64,000 nt of DNA, taken from contig JAYWIR010000003.1 in assembly GCA_036172245.1 (NCBI GenBank), positions 5,766,001 through 5,830,000 on the forward strand, in the 5' to 3' direction. The notes below the pieces were generated by a model. The model was not told the origin of the DNA, made no database searches, and was given only the letters and a program-made list of their open reading frames with translations. Positions 62,441-64,000 of this stretch are shown piece by piece. Each line of letters opens with the position of its first letter. The stretch's first letter is position 1. A program made the translations under genes and the position numbers. Source of the DNA: Raillietiella orientalis. Its lineage: Eukaryota.

Positions 62441-64000
62441 CCCGGAGGTCGGTAGCCGAATTCGGTGGGAAGCGCCTGTACGGCTCACCAGCGCATGAGG
62501 ACACCTCCAGGAAGACCTGCATGGTGTGTGGGACTTGGTGAGAAGTCCACGAGTCAGGATGAAATTGAAGTAAAGGTGGGCGCCGTGCTCCAGTCCATGG
62601 TCCCGAGATCAGAATCCGCTCTCGGAGGGTCACCCGTTGTCAGGAGCAGCCGCGCAAGGGGGCGACGCATAGCACAGGAGGTAAGAAAAACGGTCAAGAC
62701 ACGTCGACGGAGGCTCCAAAAGTCAGGAGTCTTAGAGCTTCCGGTTCCCTAGTCTTGAAAGTCAGGCTGGGAGAGGGGAGTACAGACTGGACCTCCAGCT
62801 GGGAGTGAGCAACTAGCTTTGATGTGGAAGACAGGTGCAGGTAGGACGTGACTTTTGGACTCCTTGTCCGACTTGGAGATTCACGCGGAAGAGTTGGATT
62901 GCGAGCCGCCGTCGGCACAGATTTTTGTGGTGGCAGCAGACACTTCAGGTGGTCCCGGAGGTCTGATGTGGAGTGCTCCAGGTGAGCCCTTGACTTGGTT
63001 CAGCATGATTCATTCGGTCCTGAGTCCTCGGAGAAAGAAATCACTAACGGTGTCTCCTCATACGGTAAGGGTTGCAGGTGCGGACAGAGTCAGCTCATTG
63101 TTATTGCGGCTCCTCAAAGCCATGAGTGCCGGTGGTCACTTTGCCGCGAGCCACAGGAGTTCCAACGCAACTTCTGGTGCTTCTGGAGTTGGTGCTCTCC
63201 TGAAACTGTGGCGAGAGCAACACTGAGGTGAATCCATGGCGATTCGGATCATCTTCGTGCACCTCCTCATTTGTAGGAGCTGCACGCACGGCTGCCAATA
63301 CACAGTTGGCAGTTTCTTGGAAATATCTGTGTCTTGAGGTGCAAGCAGAGGCTGGATATGGTGCCAGTCCTCGTCGCTGCCAAACGTCCAGCAGAACATT
63401 CTGATATTCCTCCTCGAAGGGGGAGATTCCAGGGAAGAATTCTGTGAAGCCTTCAAGGAGCTGAAAGCAACATCTCAGCATACAGTTCTTCGTTACTCTT
63501 CCGCATGTTGCCTCAGATGTCCTCTAAGATGTTCCAGTGTCCCCTTCTGGATCGCTTACTGCATCATTCCATCGCTCGGGGGCCGTCTCAACACGCCGCC
63601 TCAGAGAGATCCGCGCCAGAATAAAAGCATCTCGGAACCGCAGGGATTTCAGAACGTTTTCGTGAACGTTCTCACGCCGCGAAGGACGCGCCAGCACGGA
63701 GTCGGGAGAGAATCCGAGACTACAGGAGGCGTGTGTTTTGCAAGGATGCCTTCGTCGAGTGGGAAGGCCAAGAGCGCTGACGGATTCTTAGAAACGGAGG
63801 AAAGGTTCAAAGAAAAAGCACGCAAGAACTCGCATATGAACATCCAAGTGGGGGGGGGGGGGATCGAGAATCTAGGAAGCTCAACTCGGATCGACCTTGA
63901 CGGATGCAAAGAGGCGGGATAAAGGGAACACAGAGGAAGGATGAATTCACCTCATAAATTCCCCATTAGAAATTTAGTGATGCAGCAGCCCTAATGCTCG

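Noticed and set aside
1..64000. Hox-cluster microRNAs (miR-10, miR-993, iab-4)
   Set aside because: I did not find their mature sequences by eye on either strand, and they normally lie further along the cluster. A formal search was not possible.
1..64000. CRISPR arrays, tRNA/rRNA genes, prokaryotic operons
   Set aside because: No repeat-spacer periodicity or tRNA box A/B pairs seen; the sequence is animal genomic DNA.

Overview
Eukaryotic, almost certainly arthropod, genomic DNA containing one recognisable gene: the Hox group-2 gene proboscipedia (pb/Hox2) on the minus strand. Coding exon 1 (54374-54695; ESGFINSQPSMAEFL motif, FPWM hexapeptide) joins in phase 1 across a 26.2 kb intron to exon 2 (26652-28144; uninterrupted homeobox and arthropod Pb C-terminal motif), giving 604 aa, or 609 aa with a second acceptor 15 nt upstream. 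No other Hox gene is visible. Much of the rest looks like heavily decayed non-LTR retrotransposon relics (RTE-, CR1-, I/jockey- and Penelope-like, called by eye from motif order). The best leads are a ~99% identical 487-bp patch shared by two old Penelope-like relics that bracket pb, tandem acceptors that change the hexapeptide-homeodomain linker, a possible intronic promoter with a 349-codon in-frame extension of the homeobox exon, four copies of GTCACGTGAC in or upstream of pb, and a Hox/Exd site cluster at 9.3-9.8 kb. I found no clear evidence of a wholly new biological system; the findings are hypotheses about regulation and structure of the locus.
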